Source of the DNA: a virus
Reading direction: 5' to 3' (one strand)
IMG/VR virus record: IMGVR_UViG_3300034356_001764
Location: 16,204-80,203 of that record
Length of the DNA stretch: 64,000 nt
Shown: piece by piece, positions 18,701-28,813 of the stretch
Layout of the letters: the number at the start of each line of letters is the position of its first letter
Position numbering within the stretch: position 1 is the stretch's first letter
The notes under the pieces: generated by a model
Databases searched by the model: none
What the model was told of the DNA's origin: nothing
The model's input: only the letters and a program-made list of their open reading frames with translations
Made by a program: the position numbers and the translations under genes

Positions 18701-21271
18701 TCCACCTGTTGCCGTTGCTGTAGTTATTGCAGCATCTTTTGTTGTATTGATTCCAGCTAAGATAGGTCTTGTACCTGTTACAATATATGATAATGCATCA
18801 AGAATTGAACCACCTGCAGAATAATAAGTTGTTAATGCAGCATCATAAGTAACAGCTGCAGCTTGACCAACAACAGCTCCTGCAACAGCAATAGGATATA
18901 TAGTTAAACCTGTGGCATCTGATGCATAACCTGGTGCTGTAAAGTTTGCAAGTTTTTTATCATACTTTCCAATAAATGAAATTATTGCTTCTGCAATACC
19001 AAGTAGGAACATAGGCAAAACAGTAAGATCAGAAAATAATTTAAACTTAGGATGTTGATTGGGTTCAATAAATCTTTGAGTTGATGCTCCTCTTAAATAT
19101 CCATAAAGCTTAAGTTCAGTTCCTGATAAAAATGGAGTTTTAAAACTTGTATCTGGAGAATGAAAACTTACAAAATCTGATGGAACATTCTGATCAAAAA
19201 CACTATCATTATCATTAGGATTTGGAATTCTTATATAAGGATCAATAAAATTTCTATTATGATCACTACCACCTGTTGAATTATAAAAAGGTTTAATAGT
19301 ATTAAATGGATAATTTGCATACATGCCTTTTCTTGGAGCTGCTGGATTACTCACCTGCCCAACAATATCATATGTTCTAAAATTGTTAAGCATTCCCTTA
19401 GCAATGATAGACTTATTACCCTCTCTTGATCCTCTTAAGATCTCATAACCAACAATACCAGGAATATCATTACCTTCATTATCTTTTGGATATGTAATAT
19501 TTTCAAAGAAAACTCCAAGCAATCTAATTTTTAATTCATTAGGTTGATTGCTTAATGTTGGTTTAAAATGATTAGTAAGTTTATTTGCACTTGGATCTAA
19601 ACAGTTATCCGGAAACTTATGATGTCTGATATTATCACCACATAGATCATAAGTATTACTTGGTTGATTGTAAAAGCCTGTCCAACATTGAGCACTTGTA
19701 TTCCAAATTTCTGGTTTATCATCAGGATACTGTTCAGTAGATTCCCAGTAACCCATGTTTCCAACTGCAATTACTGTACCTCCGTCATCTGTTGTAGTTG
19801 ATAACCCACTTGGTATTGTTCCTATTGAAGCAGTATTAAATACTTCAAATACATTATCACTTGCACTTAATGCATTTTGATTAAAACTTATTCCAGTTTC
19901 TGGTAATCCATTGTATAATCCTGGAGCTCTTCCTGGAATATGATAAGAAGATGATTTATCACCTGTATCATATACCCATCTAATAAAGAAACAATAAACT
20001 TCATCTCTTAAGTAACTTGCCTTATTTCCACTTTTTACATAATAGTCAGAAGGATATTCAACTGAAGCCCACTTGGCTGTAATTAGATTAGCTAATGGTT
20101 GGTAGTTAAAATCAAATTTAGAAGTAGGTCCAACTCTCAGTAAGTAATTATTTACTTCAGATATCTGATCAGATTTTTCAAAAACTGGTGTCTGAATTGG
20201 AAGCTGCTCTAGTGGTACAGTTATTAAATCTTCTTTTATTTGATCTAAAGCAATAACATTTGTTCTAGTAGAATATATACCAACTTGTCTTGCAACAGTT
20301 CCTTGGTTTATATTTTGTACAATGACCAAGATAAACTCATCAAAGTTTACACTGTCAGCTTCTACTTCAAGTACAAGTGAACCTTGTAAATCTTGAGGAG
20401 TCCAAATTTGTTGGTTGTTACTTTGAGAAAAATAGTCTGTAACTTTTTGACCTTTAATGCTATAAGCAATAACTGCAAAGTAAGTTCCATTTCTTAATGT
20501 ACCACCTTGATTACCAAGTGTTAAATTAAGACATGGTGTCTCCATTAATCTTGCTAATCTAATTTTATCACAATCTAACTGATTAATATCAACACATGTA
20601 ATGCAACCTATTGGATGGCCAGAAGGCCAAACATCTGGTTGTGTTTCTGATACACCAGTTTCATCAGTACAAATTTGTTTCCATTTTACTCCTGGCCACA
20701 AAAGTAGATTTACACCATTTGAGTAATAATTAATATTTACTTGTCCCACCCAACTATAGTTAGCAGCTGGCCAAGTTTGAGGATCTCCTACATTTAAAAC
20801 TCTATCTGGATTTAATGCATCTGCAAAATATACTTGCCAAGTACAATCTTCTTTCTCTCTTGAAGCTCCGCTTATTAAATATCTTTTATCAAACTTAAGA
20901 CATGCATCTTGTACAATAGGTCTGTAAACACAAGTATCAGTTTCTAGTAAACCAATCTCTGACATAACAGGTATACCAGTTGAATCATGACCTGCTGTAA
21001 ACACTATCCACTTATCTGAGAATAATTGTATAGTGCCAATAATGTATTTGTCTACTGCAATTGCAGGCATTGTTAAACCTGCTGTTGCACATAGAATATT
21101 AGATTGCTCATTAGAAAGGGTTCCAATATTACCCTCATCTGTATTATTTGTTGCATTTCTAGCATGTGTCCACATTCCTTCTCCTACAAAAGAAGGGTCA
21201 GAATCTTTGTTCATCCCCTTAGAAAAACTACGGGTGACGTTCTGTGTTGTATTTTGTAAACCTTTTGCCAT
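15773..21271 (-). CDS. Tail stabilisation/muzzle-like protein (P22 gp10-like, crAss muzzle position)
   Basis: About 1830 aa, beta-rich. N-terminal FSKGMNKD...ARNA and C-terminal WTASY...WISFHDW motifs. Likely start MAKGL at 21271 (TAATG overlap with the upstream stop). Confidence 0.75.
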   Translation of the reverse strand: MAKGLQNTTQNVTRSFSKGMNKDSDPSFVGEGMWTHARNATNNTDEGNIGTLSNEQSNILCATAGLTMPAIAVDKYIIGTIQLFSDKWIVFTAGHDSTGIPVMSEIGLLETDTCVYRPIVQDACLKFDKRYLISGASREKEDCTWQVYFADALNPDRVLNVGDPQTWPAANYSWVGQVNINYYSNGVNLLLWPGVKWKQICTDETGVSETQPDVWPSGHPIGCITCVDINQLDCDKIRLARLMETPCLNLTLGNQGGTLRNGTYFAVIAYSIKGQKVTDYFSQSNNQQIWTPQDLQGSLVLEVEADSVNFDEFILVIVQNINQGTVARQVGIYSTRTNVIALDQIKEDLITVPLEQLPIQTPVFEKSDQISEVNNYLLRVGPTSKFDFNYQPLANLITAKWASVEYPSDYYVKSGNKASYLRDEVYCFFIRWVYDTGDKSSSYHIPGRAPGLYNGLPETGISFNQNALSASDNVFEVFNTASIGTIPSGLSTTTDDGGTVIAVGNMGYWESTEQYPDDKPEIWNTSAQCWTGFYNQPSNTYDLCGDNIRHHKFPDNCLDPSANKLTNHFKPTLSNQPNELKIRLLGVFFENITYPKDNEGNDIPGIVGYEILRGSREGNKSIIAKGMLNNFRTYDIVGQVSNPAAPRKGMYANYPFNTIKPFYNSTGGSDHNRNFIDPYIRIPNPNDNDSVFDQNVPSDFVSFHSPDTSFKTPFLSGTELKLYGYLRGASTQRFIEPNQHPKFKLFSDLTVLPMFLLGIAEAIISFIGKYDKKLANFTAPGYASDATGLTIYPIAVAGAVVGQAAAVTYDAALTTYYSAGGSILDALSYIVTGTRPILAGINTTKDAAITTATATGGISASGDEYTYTVPKLDYLPIPLRILGGLNQALYYFSEGANIAADIIRAIIPYTQYASQMIAHGFYSDMRSPSSTKLFRFKIEDSSYIRDNIMQMPGYYNVAGTFRSYSINNLKRSDTVVIRTEAGPNYAGPYIGGAIGPNYIIESSRYVDQSLTTLGNIQQNGLVDPLTLNPYIPNPNVGPNFEIVDANFTLPIASHYAAMKVRIQNQYGQLQSIKQIVITPCEQKFDYNTLSNWGPYNQCGSCNLAVILKKINISPIFFGGDVYVNRYTEKNSMFFFYDWLYGQPDGFEYNYAIHQMIPEPRFYVNSRKYEVSDLGPSNWNSPVPGTGAFPTRFYRMDHGPTPTNPGYDYTNDTAGDYPGVFRPKDSFFYLAVSSVRDFFVESDVIVDYREAGDNEWEKHYDPYRYTELARMFEINPENITRGNTFRYDYSLSVSKLYNQYFSSGNLQNRYYNPNVSQLCYTYFPDRIYYSLQQQDESFKDSWFIFLPNNYREFKSQISGVKSINKSGLFITFKNDSPQMFQGVDTLQTDLGTKITIGDGGLFSQPGQSVSNADKPYEYGSSQNRLAVISTPAGLFYASQNQGKIFSYAGGLKEISQVGLKWWYSLFLKCKLTTQFPDYPWKDNPVAGVGVQAVYDNENSILYFTKKDYIVKDGIDLDRVDYVPLVVDCRQMIKGKGYKKGQGDFFTLDGRGRYLLGDPTIFESASWTASYDPKNEMWISFHDWHPDLVMPSKTVFLTTKKNSFWKHNYVCNSYCNFYGKDYPFEIETPIITGQSPTVVKSFEYILESYKRAANCVDQFHVLDNNFDTAIIYNSEQVSGYLNLNVFPKNNITLSLEYPKFNPSIPIIIRDTVVGLPGFDILFSKEENKYRFNQFWDVTRDRGEFPLGSGYPPTGPLVPGTTELLGNYPEEIAWITLPDGYRRELNLTSLDYNKAELQRKKFRHYLNYITLRKEISGSVNMIVKVVNSKNQASLR

Positions 21272-22314
21272 TACATTAGTCTTGAAGTTCCTACTCTTCT
21301 CCAATATGGATCATTTGGACTATAACTTTTAAACATATCATAGTATTTTGCATACTGTGCTCTTCTGTTTGTCCACCATACTTTTTCCATTTCTCTAAAG
21401 TTTGGTGTATTAACTAAACTTAGTGCTGCATTTCTTGCTGCTCTAAACTCTGGAATAATAAGCTGTAGCTTTTGAGCCATGTCTTCTCCATTGAGAGCTA
21501 AGTTCTCTATGATTCTTTTCTTCAATGCATACTCATAGTAGTCATTAATCAATTCATGATTAGGAACCATTAGATTATTATTCTCATCCGTCAACTCTCC
21601 CTGGTAGTTTATATAAACATGACCCGTTTGAAAAGTTGTATATAAGTAATTGTCTTTTAACCAACCTTGATTAGCTGTATTGTAATAAAGATTTGGGCAT
21701 TCACAATCTATGTTCTGACTCTGCTTCATTCTTAGAGGAACTAAAGATTTATAAACTCTTGATTGAACCGGATTAATTACTTGGATAATTTCATACTGAT
21801 CACCTTTACAGTTCATGAATACTCTTGGAGCAATACATGTATCCCCGTAAGGATTATTTGGATCATACTCAGTTGGTATTGGATCTACTATAGGATGATT
21901 AAGATCACATGCAGCAGTCTTGTTACATGGATTAGAATTACATGTTCTACAATTAACTGTAGGAGCTACACACTGATCTACTGTAGCTGGAAATTCTCTG
22001 TAAGGAATCTCTTGAATATTAGTTCCAGAAACTTGTCCACCATAACCGGTCATAACAGTATATTCACCACACACCATTCCATAGTTCCATACATAGAAAT
22101 CATCAGGAAGTTTAACTTTTCCATGACAAACTTCTAATACAACTTCCTTAGTTTGATTTATTCTTAAACCAAGATCATAATTTAACCTGCGGGCAACTTT
22201 AATTAATTGCTGAGGTTCAATCATGTTCTCTAAGGCTAGAGTATTTAAGTCAATACTAACATCTTCTAATAAAGAATCAAATGTCCGGTATTTTAGTGTG
22301 TAATTGAAATCCAT
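21271..22314 (-). CDS. Tail tubular/ring protein with Cys-rich insertion
   Basis: KLPDDFY and YINYQG...MVP motifs; immediately upstream of the muzzle-like gene. Confidence 0.65.
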   Translation of the reverse strand: MDFNYTLKYRTFDSLLEDVSIDLNTLALENMIEPQQLIKVARRLNYDLGLRINQTKEVVLEVCHGKVKLPDDFYVWNYGMVCGEYTVMTGYGGQVSGTNIQEIPYREFPATVDQCVAPTVNCRTCNSNPCNKTAACDLNHPIVDPIPTEYDPNNPYGDTCIAPRVFMNCKGDQYEIIQVINPVQSRVYKSLVPLRMKQSQNIDCECPNLYYNTANQGWLKDNYLYTTFQTGHVYINYQGELTDENNNLMVPNHELINDYYEYALKKRIIENLALNGEDMAQKLQLIIPEFRAARNAALSLVNTPNFREMEKVWWTNRRAQYAKYYDMFKSYSPNDPYWRRVGTSRLM

Positions 22315-22976
22315 TATCTAAGTGCATTTTGACTATCATCAGGTCCATCTGTTGGAATTGATATAGCCATGGTTAATTCTTTTATTACAAACTGTTCAAC
22401 TTCAGAGAATAAATACTCTGGAATAGCAAATGCTGTATCTTGAAATACCTCACACTCATCTGAATCACATGTCTCTAATGCGCCTTCAAAGATTGCCTCT
22501 ATTCTGATAGCATCCCAATCAATGTTTGGACAATACAAGTATCCATTAAGATACCAGAAGTATGGTCTCTTATTATATTTGAATGTACTAGATTTAGTAA
22601 TTGATATCCAAGTACCAGGTTCTGTTCTAAACATTTCAATAGATCCATCTATAGAAGATACAGTACGTATAATAGGTCCAAACATACCAGCTAATATAGT
22701 TGGCAGTTTTTCTTTAGATCTTTTAAAATAACATTCAGAATATACTCCTACACACCCTGCCTCAACTTTATCTACATCAATAAGTTCTATATAAGGTAAC
22801 ACCTTAAATATAGAGCTCATCTTCATTAGTCTAAATTGATTGTCTTCTCTTTTTATCAAAGTCTTTGCATACTTAATAAGTGAAAAGTAAATAACCCTGT
22901 CTGTTAAAAACGGGTCTTCCTTTACTGCCTTTAAAGTATTTCTTACTCTTGATATTGCTTCACCAACTGTTGTCAT
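22314..22976 (-). CDS. Tail ring/tubular protein
   Basis: Size, synteny and YLNGYLY...AIFE motif resembling crAss-like ring proteins. Confidence 0.55.
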   Translation of the reverse strand: MTTVGEAISRVRNTLKAVKEDPFLTDRVIYFSLIKYAKTLIKREDNQFRLMKMSSIFKVLPYIELIDVDKVEAGCVGVYSECYFKRSKEKLPTILAGMFGPIIRTVSSIDGSIEMFRTEPGTWISITKSSTFKYNKRPYFWYLNGYLYCPNIDWDAIRIEAIFEGALETCDSDECEVFQDTAFAIPEYLFSEVEQFVIKELTMAISIPTDGPDDSQNALR

Positions 22977-23554
22977 AGGTCAAACTCATTATAGTTTTCA
23001 AGGGCCTTTATGGTCTCCTTAAGTTTAATTTCTTTGTATACTGCTTTGTTGTATGCTAACTTCAACCTTTGAGTTGCATCTACAACAACATATGTGTTCC
23101 AGTTTTCTGGATAAGTCTTAGCTACAGTTCTTTTAAAGTCTCTACAAGCTGTAAACCCCCAGTACTCTCTATTGCGCATTCTATGTTTTGGAGCATAATT
23201 AGTAAAAAAAATCTTTGCTAGCTTACCATCTGTTTCCCAGTTCTTGTTAGTAACTGTTACTCCATACTTCCTGGACTTAGCAAAGTCAACATTTGTTTTC
23301 TTACTTTGTTGACATGTTCCAATAAAAAGCCACCCTAATGATTCTGGTAATTGTACACCATCTCTAGTATCTATAACTCCTTGAAATATTGCATTGTTGA
23401 ATTTTCTCATGATCTCTTTCAACAACTTATAATCCAAGTTTTTATACTTAGGATACTTTTTTTTAAAATCTTTTACAAGCTTTGGATTAAACACATTCAA
23501 TACATCTGGTCTAAACCTAGCTCCTTTAACATCAGGATTATTAAATTCCCTCAT
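22973..23554 (-). CDS. IHF/HU-like DNA-binding protein
   Basis: GVQLPESLGWLFI...FTACRDFKRTV pattern; basic; occupies the crAss IHF-like gene position. Confidence 0.6.
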   Translation of the reverse strand: MREFNNPDVKGARFRPDVLNVFNPKLVKDFKKKYPKYKNLDYKLLKEIMRKFNNAIFQGVIDTRDGVQLPESLGWLFIGTCQQSKKTNVDFAKSRKYGVTVTNKNWETDGKLAKIFFTNYAPKHRMRNREYWGFTACRDFKRTVAKTYPENWNTYVVVDATQRLKLAYNKAVYKEIKLKETIKALENYNEFDL

Positions 23555-23596
23555 AATAATATACTAAAAATAAATGACTTTAGCAAATATAGGTAT

Positions 23597-23628
23597 AAAA
23601 CAAAACCCCCACAAGTGTGAGGGCTTTG
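23597..23628 (-). terminator. Intrinsic terminator
   Basis: Hairpin CAAAGCCCTCAC-ACTT-GTGGGGGTTTTG followed by T tract on the minus strand. Confidence 0.65.
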
Positions 23629-23667
23629 CCGTTGTTGTTACAGAAACCAACAAACCTGCAACACTCT

Positions 23668-24351
23668 TTAACCAATTATAGTAATTCTTATTCTGACAGG
23701 TAAATCAAGATCAACAGGTGGCGGATCAAACGCAGGAAATATACCTATGTCACCTGAGAGATCTATACCAATGCCTGTTTTATCGTTATGTGTGAATTCT
23801 ATCCATGCATTTTCATCAATATTAAACCAATAACCTTGAATTATTAAATCTACTACTGTTGGTACAGCAGTTAAAGTACCATCACATCCTACTGTAGGAA
23901 TTCCACAAGGAGAATACACAGTATTAAGAATTGTTATTTGTTGATTAGGATTACCATCTGGTAAAGTTTCTTCATAAACAAATTTTCTAAGTAAAGGTGT
24001 TTCAGTAGCTACTGTATAAGTTGTTGTAGTACCAACTGTTACAGGAGTAACATCAATACCATTACCTGCTGCTACAATGGTAATAGGAACTAAACTTGCA
24101 AGATTACAGAAATAACCAACTATATCTTCTAATGCAAGATTTATTGCAGAATTTTGAATAACTACAGTATCATCACCACATTCTAAATCTGGACCTGTAT
24201 ATACAATACATTCAGCATCAAATACTTCAGAACACGGTTGTCTGTCTGGACATCCTACTGGTGTAGGACATGGTGCCGGTGATGTCAACATTGTGTCTTG
24301 ACATCCGCACTTTGGTTTACTGCATCCGCAGTTTGTACATGTTGTTGCCAT
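23668..24351 (-). CDS. Cys-rich structural/fibre-like protein
   Basis: Cys-rich N-terminus; CIVYTGPDLEC motif shared with the neighbouring gene; VAAGNGIDV fibre-like segment. Confidence 0.45.
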   Translation of the reverse strand: MATTCTNCGCSKPKCGCQDTMLTSPAPCPTPVGCPDRQPCSEVFDAECIVYTGPDLECGDDTVVIQNSAINLALEDIVGYFCNLASLVPITIVAAGNGIDVTPVTVGTTTTYTVATETPLLRKFVYEETLPDGNPNQQITILNTVYSPCGIPTVGCDGTLTAVPTVVDLIIQGYWFNIDENAWIEFTHNDKTGIGIDLSGDIGIFPAFDPPPVDLDLPVRIRITIIG

Positions 24352-24357
24352 AATATT

Positions 24358-26064
24358 TTATTTACAAGGTTCAGGACTTGGGATTGATATTGTACATGGA
24401 GATATATATCCCATAATGCCATCTATACCTAGCATAAATCCTCCAACTTCATCTTCATCATTTGCATTGCAACTATATGGATAATTTTCAGTTGCACTAA
24501 ATGATAAATCTACACTCTGAACACCAGGTGTTGGATTACCATTTACTAATGATCCAGCACTTCTAAGAAACTTAGGAACTTGATCACCACTAGATACGTG
24601 AGAAATTATATAATTTAAAGGACATGTATCATATGCTCCAGATCCACCTAGTGCAGTACTTTCTTCATTATCTTTAACTAAAGTTGCAAATAATACTCCT
24701 GTTGGTAATACAGATATACTAAATAAACTTGTAAGTACAGAACTATCTGATCCAGTATCAATTGATCTAAATGCAAACTTCCATCCATTATAAGCATTAC
24801 CATCTAAACTAATTCCTGCAGGTAATACTTCAACTGGAATAACTGAATCAGGTAAACCTGTTCCAGCATTATAATTCCAACTTATACCACCAGCAGCATT
24901 TGTCAATACTCCTCCATCTCCTGTACAAGGCGCAACTGTAGTTATATTAAGATAACTGTTAACGCCTGTTTTAAGTGTATATTGTAATGGTAAACCAGTA
25001 TCTGGATTATTAAGTGGTACTGTTACTTGTCCTCTAAAATAAATTACATTTCCAATTCTTCTACACTCAGGTCTTTTAATTGAAGATGGATCTGCTGTAT
25101 TATAAAACTCAAAACCATTTAACGGCCACCATCCACTATCTTGTATCTCTGCAGATAATACTCCTGCAGTATAAGTAAGATCAATTGTGTTAGTATCTTG
25201 AACTGTTAAAGCTAATGTTTGAAGATAAGTATATATATCACATATTGCAATCCAAATATTTTTAATTGCATTTGCTACTGTACTTTCTGCAGTCAATGAA
25301 GGATTATTAACCCATGAGCCTGCGTAGTAGGTAGAGAATGATTGTACTGGAGAATCTCCGGCAGCTATTGAAGCTAATGAAGCATCACCATCTGCAATAC
25401 ATTGAGATAATACAGAACTTATTATTTGTGCAGGTGTACCTGTTGCAGACAATAAACTACAGTATCCAAGTATATCATCATTCATTAATGCATTAAGAAC
25501 CTGGTCTAATGGGTAATTGCCTGCTGGTAAAATACAATCAGCTGGAATACTTGGTAAAGTATAAACAGGAAGATTATCAATTTGATATTGTAAATCTACT
25601 AATGTATCATTAACTATAACAAGTTCATTATTAATAGCAGCTATCTGATCAATTATAGTACAAACTCTATTTGCAATCATTTGAACATAATCAACTAACT
25701 GCATTGTAGTTTGTATACCTTCAATAAAACAAGGAGCTACTGAAACTACACAATCTGGACATCCTGCTGTTTTTACTACATCTGAAGGAATACCATTAAG
25801 TTCACAAATTCTTGTGATAAGTAATTGAATTAAACCTTTAAAATCTGTTGGTGCACAACCAGTTAAATCCAAACATGAAAGATCATAATTTGTAACATTC
25901 AACTGATCCATAATAGCACACAGCTCTGTAGCTAGTTTAAATACAACATCAGATACTGTATCACCACTACATAAATTAATGCATGGAATATCTGGGCCCT
26001 GCCAAATAACACAGTTACTTGAAATTGGACTACAGGGTCTATTATCTAAATTTAAAGGTTTCAT
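24358..26064 (-). CDS. Cys-rich fibre-like structural protein
   Basis: CVIWQGPDIPC motif, coiled-coil segments and DSGW...RRIGNVIYFRG receptor-binding-like C-domain. Confidence 0.5.
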   Translation of the reverse strand: MKPLNLDNRPCSPISSNCVIWQGPDIPCINLCSGDTVSDVVFKLATELCAIMDQLNVTNYDLSCLDLTGCAPTDFKGLIQLLITRICELNGIPSDVVKTAGCPDCVVSVAPCFIEGIQTTMQLVDYVQMIANRVCTIIDQIAAINNELVIVNDTLVDLQYQIDNLPVYTLPSIPADCILPAGNYPLDQVLNALMNDDILGYCSLLSATGTPAQIISSVLSQCIADGDASLASIAAGDSPVQSFSTYYAGSWVNNPSLTAESTVANAIKNIWIAICDIYTYLQTLALTVQDTNTIDLTYTAGVLSAEIQDSGWWPLNGFEFYNTADPSSIKRPECRRIGNVIYFRGQVTVPLNNPDTGLPLQYTLKTGVNSYLNITTVAPCTGDGGVLTNAAGGISWNYNAGTGLPDSVIPVEVLPAGISLDGNAYNGWKFAFRSIDTGSDSSVLTSLFSISVLPTGVLFATLVKDNEESTALGGSGAYDTCPLNYIISHVSSGDQVPKFLRSAGSLVNGNPTPGVQSVDLSFSATENYPYSCNANDEDEVGGFMLGIDGIMGYISPCTISIPSPEPCK

Positions 26065-26097
26065 ACTTCTACTGTTATTATAATATACAAATTATTA

Positions 26098-27894
26098 TTA
26101 AGAATTACAAGTGTTAGATCTACTATTACATCCACATCCACAAGTTGGAGTATTATTACAACATGTTTGAACAGGTGTACATGTATAGTTTGGATCTCTT
26201 GCTCCTTGTAAATCTGCTAGTTCTTTTTTAACAAGCCACTTTTCTCCAAGACTTGTATCAGGACAACAATTGCTTATACCATATCTTCTTTCAAGAACAG
26301 TTTTATATAAGATGTCTGCTGAGTTACATGCAAATCTCTCATACTTTTCTGTATCACATGCTGGTACAAAGTATCCAGGTCTGATAAATCTTTTAGGCAA
26401 AGGTTCAACAGGACATTCTCCATTAACACAATCTCCAAAATAAATTGGTTCTCTTGCTGTTATCCATTCTCTTACACATAACTTTTCAGATTGTGTATTA
26501 GGATCTAATCCTCCAAGAGTAACTGGGGCACCGGTGCAATCTATATATGATAATACTCCAGAAGTATTTGGCCAAGCAACAGAACATCTACAAGCAAGTT
26601 CTGCAAGACATGCTGGACAATCAGCATAATCAACTACTACTGTAACTTCTGTAGCTATAGAAGATTGATCAAAAGTTGGAAGTTCTAAAATATTAACTTC
26701 CCAACATATATCACAGTCTTTCAGTTTTATTACATTGCCTATTTCTGCACTTAAATCTGTATAAGTATAAATAGTTGGTTCAATACCACTGCAATCTGTT
26801 AATTCATAATAAGTTCTACTACAAGCTAAACAAGATTCAAATGATGTAATGATATTAATTACTTGTGTTGCCGGTGGCATATAGTTAATCAAATCAACAA
26901 ACCAACATTCTCCACAATCAAGTTTTACTGTTTGCCCTACATAAGCAGAGTAATCATCTAAACTATACTTAATGATAGACTGATTATTACAGTTAGTAAA
27001 TTTGTATGCAACTATAGGTAGACAAGTTGGACAGTCAGCATATACTTGAAGTATTGTTACATTTACTGCGCAGTCACAAGGGTCTTCTGAAATATCAATT
27101 GTCCAACAACCATCATAACCTTGTATTGTAACAACATTATTATTAGCATAATAACCAAGTACTGTTGTTGTATTAGATATAATTAATGTTTCTTCAGTTA
27201 TACAATTAGTAAAAGTAAAACAAACCTCTGGACATACTCCGTCTACACATAGTCCAAAATTATATACAATACCATGAGTTCCTCCTGTTACAACAGGTAC
27301 AATCAAAGAACAAATTGTTGTACTTCCACTAGTTACTACTAGTTCTAAGTCTTCATTTACATAAGTAATAGATGTTGGATTACCTGTAATTGAATAACAA
27401 TTAAGTGCACATAAACATTCTACATCAGGATCAGCACTTATATTTAACGCACCTTCACAATCTCCTAGATCATTTTCTACAACAAAGTAACAACTCCCAT
27501 ATCCAACTAATCCTGTAAACTGACCAATGTAAGGTATTAGTGTATCACTAGTTGATACTAAAACTGGTAAATCTGGTTCACATGGATAAAGTGTATAACA
27601 CTGTATCTCAACCGCACATGGATTACATAACTCTATATTTTCACATTCATCTGCTAATGCAAAATTAGAAAATGAAGGAGTATCAGGATAATCAGAAAAA
27701 CTAGTACCAATGTTAGTAATTGTATAGCATTTATTTGGTTGAAAAATAATTCCATTTATACTTGTTATTGATCCAGTATAAACATATACTCCATTTGAAA
27801 CAACACCATCTCCTATTGGAAAATTAAAATAATCCAACGCAGGTCCTAAATTAGAACAACAAGGAACAATACTATAATATGGTTTACCAGCCAT
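26098..27894 (-). CDS. Cys-rich repeat structural protein (598 aa)
   Basis: Tandem ~60-65 aa repeats Y.LT.C...G..VK...CW.V...Y..C..C. Confidence 0.55.
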   Translation of the reverse strand: MAGKPYYSIVPCCSNLGPALDYFNFPIGDGVVSNGVYVYTGSITSINGIIFQPNKCYTITNIGTSFSDYPDTPSFSNFALADECENIELCNPCAVEIQCYTLYPCEPDLPVLVSTSDTLIPYIGQFTGLVGYGSCYFVVENDLGDCEGALNISADPDVECLCALNCYSITGNPTSITYVNEDLELVVTSGSTTICSLIVPVVTGGTHGIVYNFGLCVDGVCPEVCFTFTNCITEETLIISNTTTVLGYYANNNVVTIQGYDGCWTIDISEDPCDCAVNVTILQVYADCPTCLPIVAYKFTNCNNQSIIKYSLDDYSAYVGQTVKLDCGECWFVDLINYMPPATQVINIITSFESCLACSRTYYELTDCSGIEPTIYTYTDLSAEIGNVIKLKDCDICWEVNILELPTFDQSSIATEVTVVVDYADCPACLAELACRCSVAWPNTSGVLSYIDCTGAPVTLGGLDPNTQSEKLCVREWITAREPIYFGDCVNGECPVEPLPKRFIRPGYFVPACDTEKYERFACNSADILYKTVLERRYGISNCCPDTSLGEKWLVKKELADLQGARDPNYTCTPVQTCCNNTPTCGCGCNSRSNTCNS

Positions 27895-27900
27895 TGCTTT

Positions 27901-28140
27901 TTATTTTGTGAACTTACCTAAGTTCTTATATCTTTCTCTTCCCCATACATCTAATGATACAGGTGCTTTTCCTTCAATTGTTACAGGAGCTTTTCTTGCT
28001 TGTTTTATAACAGGTACTGGAGCTTTACTTGCTCCTGCTGTTTTTCCTAGACAGCTAGTGCATCCTTGAGATCCGTTTGGTAATGTTCTTTTCTGACATG
28101 AGCATGTCATTGCACTACCACAGTTTGAACATTTTGCCAT
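27901..28140 (-). CDS. Small Cys-rich (Zn-finger-like) protein
   Basis: CSNC...CSC...CTSC; in the operon. Confidence 0.55.
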   Translation of the reverse strand: MAKCSNCGSAMTCSCQKRTLPNGSQGCTSCLGKTAGASKAPVPVIKQARKAPVTIEGKAPVSLDVWGRERYKNLGKFTK

Positions 28141-28161
28141 AATTTATTGGTTTTTAATTAG

Positions 28162-28728
28162 TTAACAATTTGTACAAGTCATCTTATTCAAAAGCTTAAG
28201 GGCATAATTATATAAGCTCATTCCCTTTTGAGGCTCATGACAAAATTCTACTTTAGATATTGCAGCATCAAGATACATCTTTATGAAACGCAACTCTTCA
28301 AGTTTTTGTTTTATTATTAATGGTGGATCACATGCATTTGCATCAACACTACAAAGTACATTGTAATATTTATTCATTGCTTGTGTGATTCTCATATGGT
28401 TATACTCTACATATACTTGGTCATTAGGAGATACACTGTATTTGATTATGTAAATCCCATCTGGAATATCCACATACTGTGTACCACAATTTGTAGTTTG
28501 TAGTTGTAAATCACATGCTGTTAAAGTAATATGTCCACTATTAACAAAATCAGTCATTACAGCTCCCTCAATCTGATTTGAATAGCCAAATCCTGGTACT
28601 GTTATATTAAGAGTAGGACAAGTAACTGGGATTAAAGGATTCACTGCATAAACACTTGTATCAAAAATCTTTAATACACATGAGTTCATTACAAAAGGAA
28701 CCTCTAAGCTTAAGACATGATTTGCCAT
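28162..28728 (-). CDS. Putative tail-hub/structural protein
   Basis: IPDGIYIIKYSVSP motif; synteny after the auxiliary capsid-like gene. Confidence 0.45.
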   Translation of the reverse strand: MANHVLSLEVPFVMNSCVLKIFDTSVYAVNPLIPVTCPTLNITVPGFGYSNQIEGAVMTDFVNSGHITLTACDLQLQTTNCGTQYVDIPDGIYIIKYSVSPNDQVYVEYNHMRITQAMNKYYNVLCSVDANACDPPLIIKQKLEELRFIKMYLDAAISKVEFCHEPQKGMSLYNYALKLLNKMTCTNC

Positions 28729-28739
28729 AATTTTATATT

Positions 28740-28776
28740 AAAAAAAGGGGAGGAGTATGAAACTCAGCTCCCCTTT
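28740..28776 (-). terminator. Intrinsic terminator
   Basis: GGGGAG...CTCCCC stem with T tract on the minus strand after a probably abundant structural gene. Confidence 0.7.
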
Positions 28777-28813
28777 CTAGTTATTAATTAGAATTAATTA
28801 AATACCTAAGACA

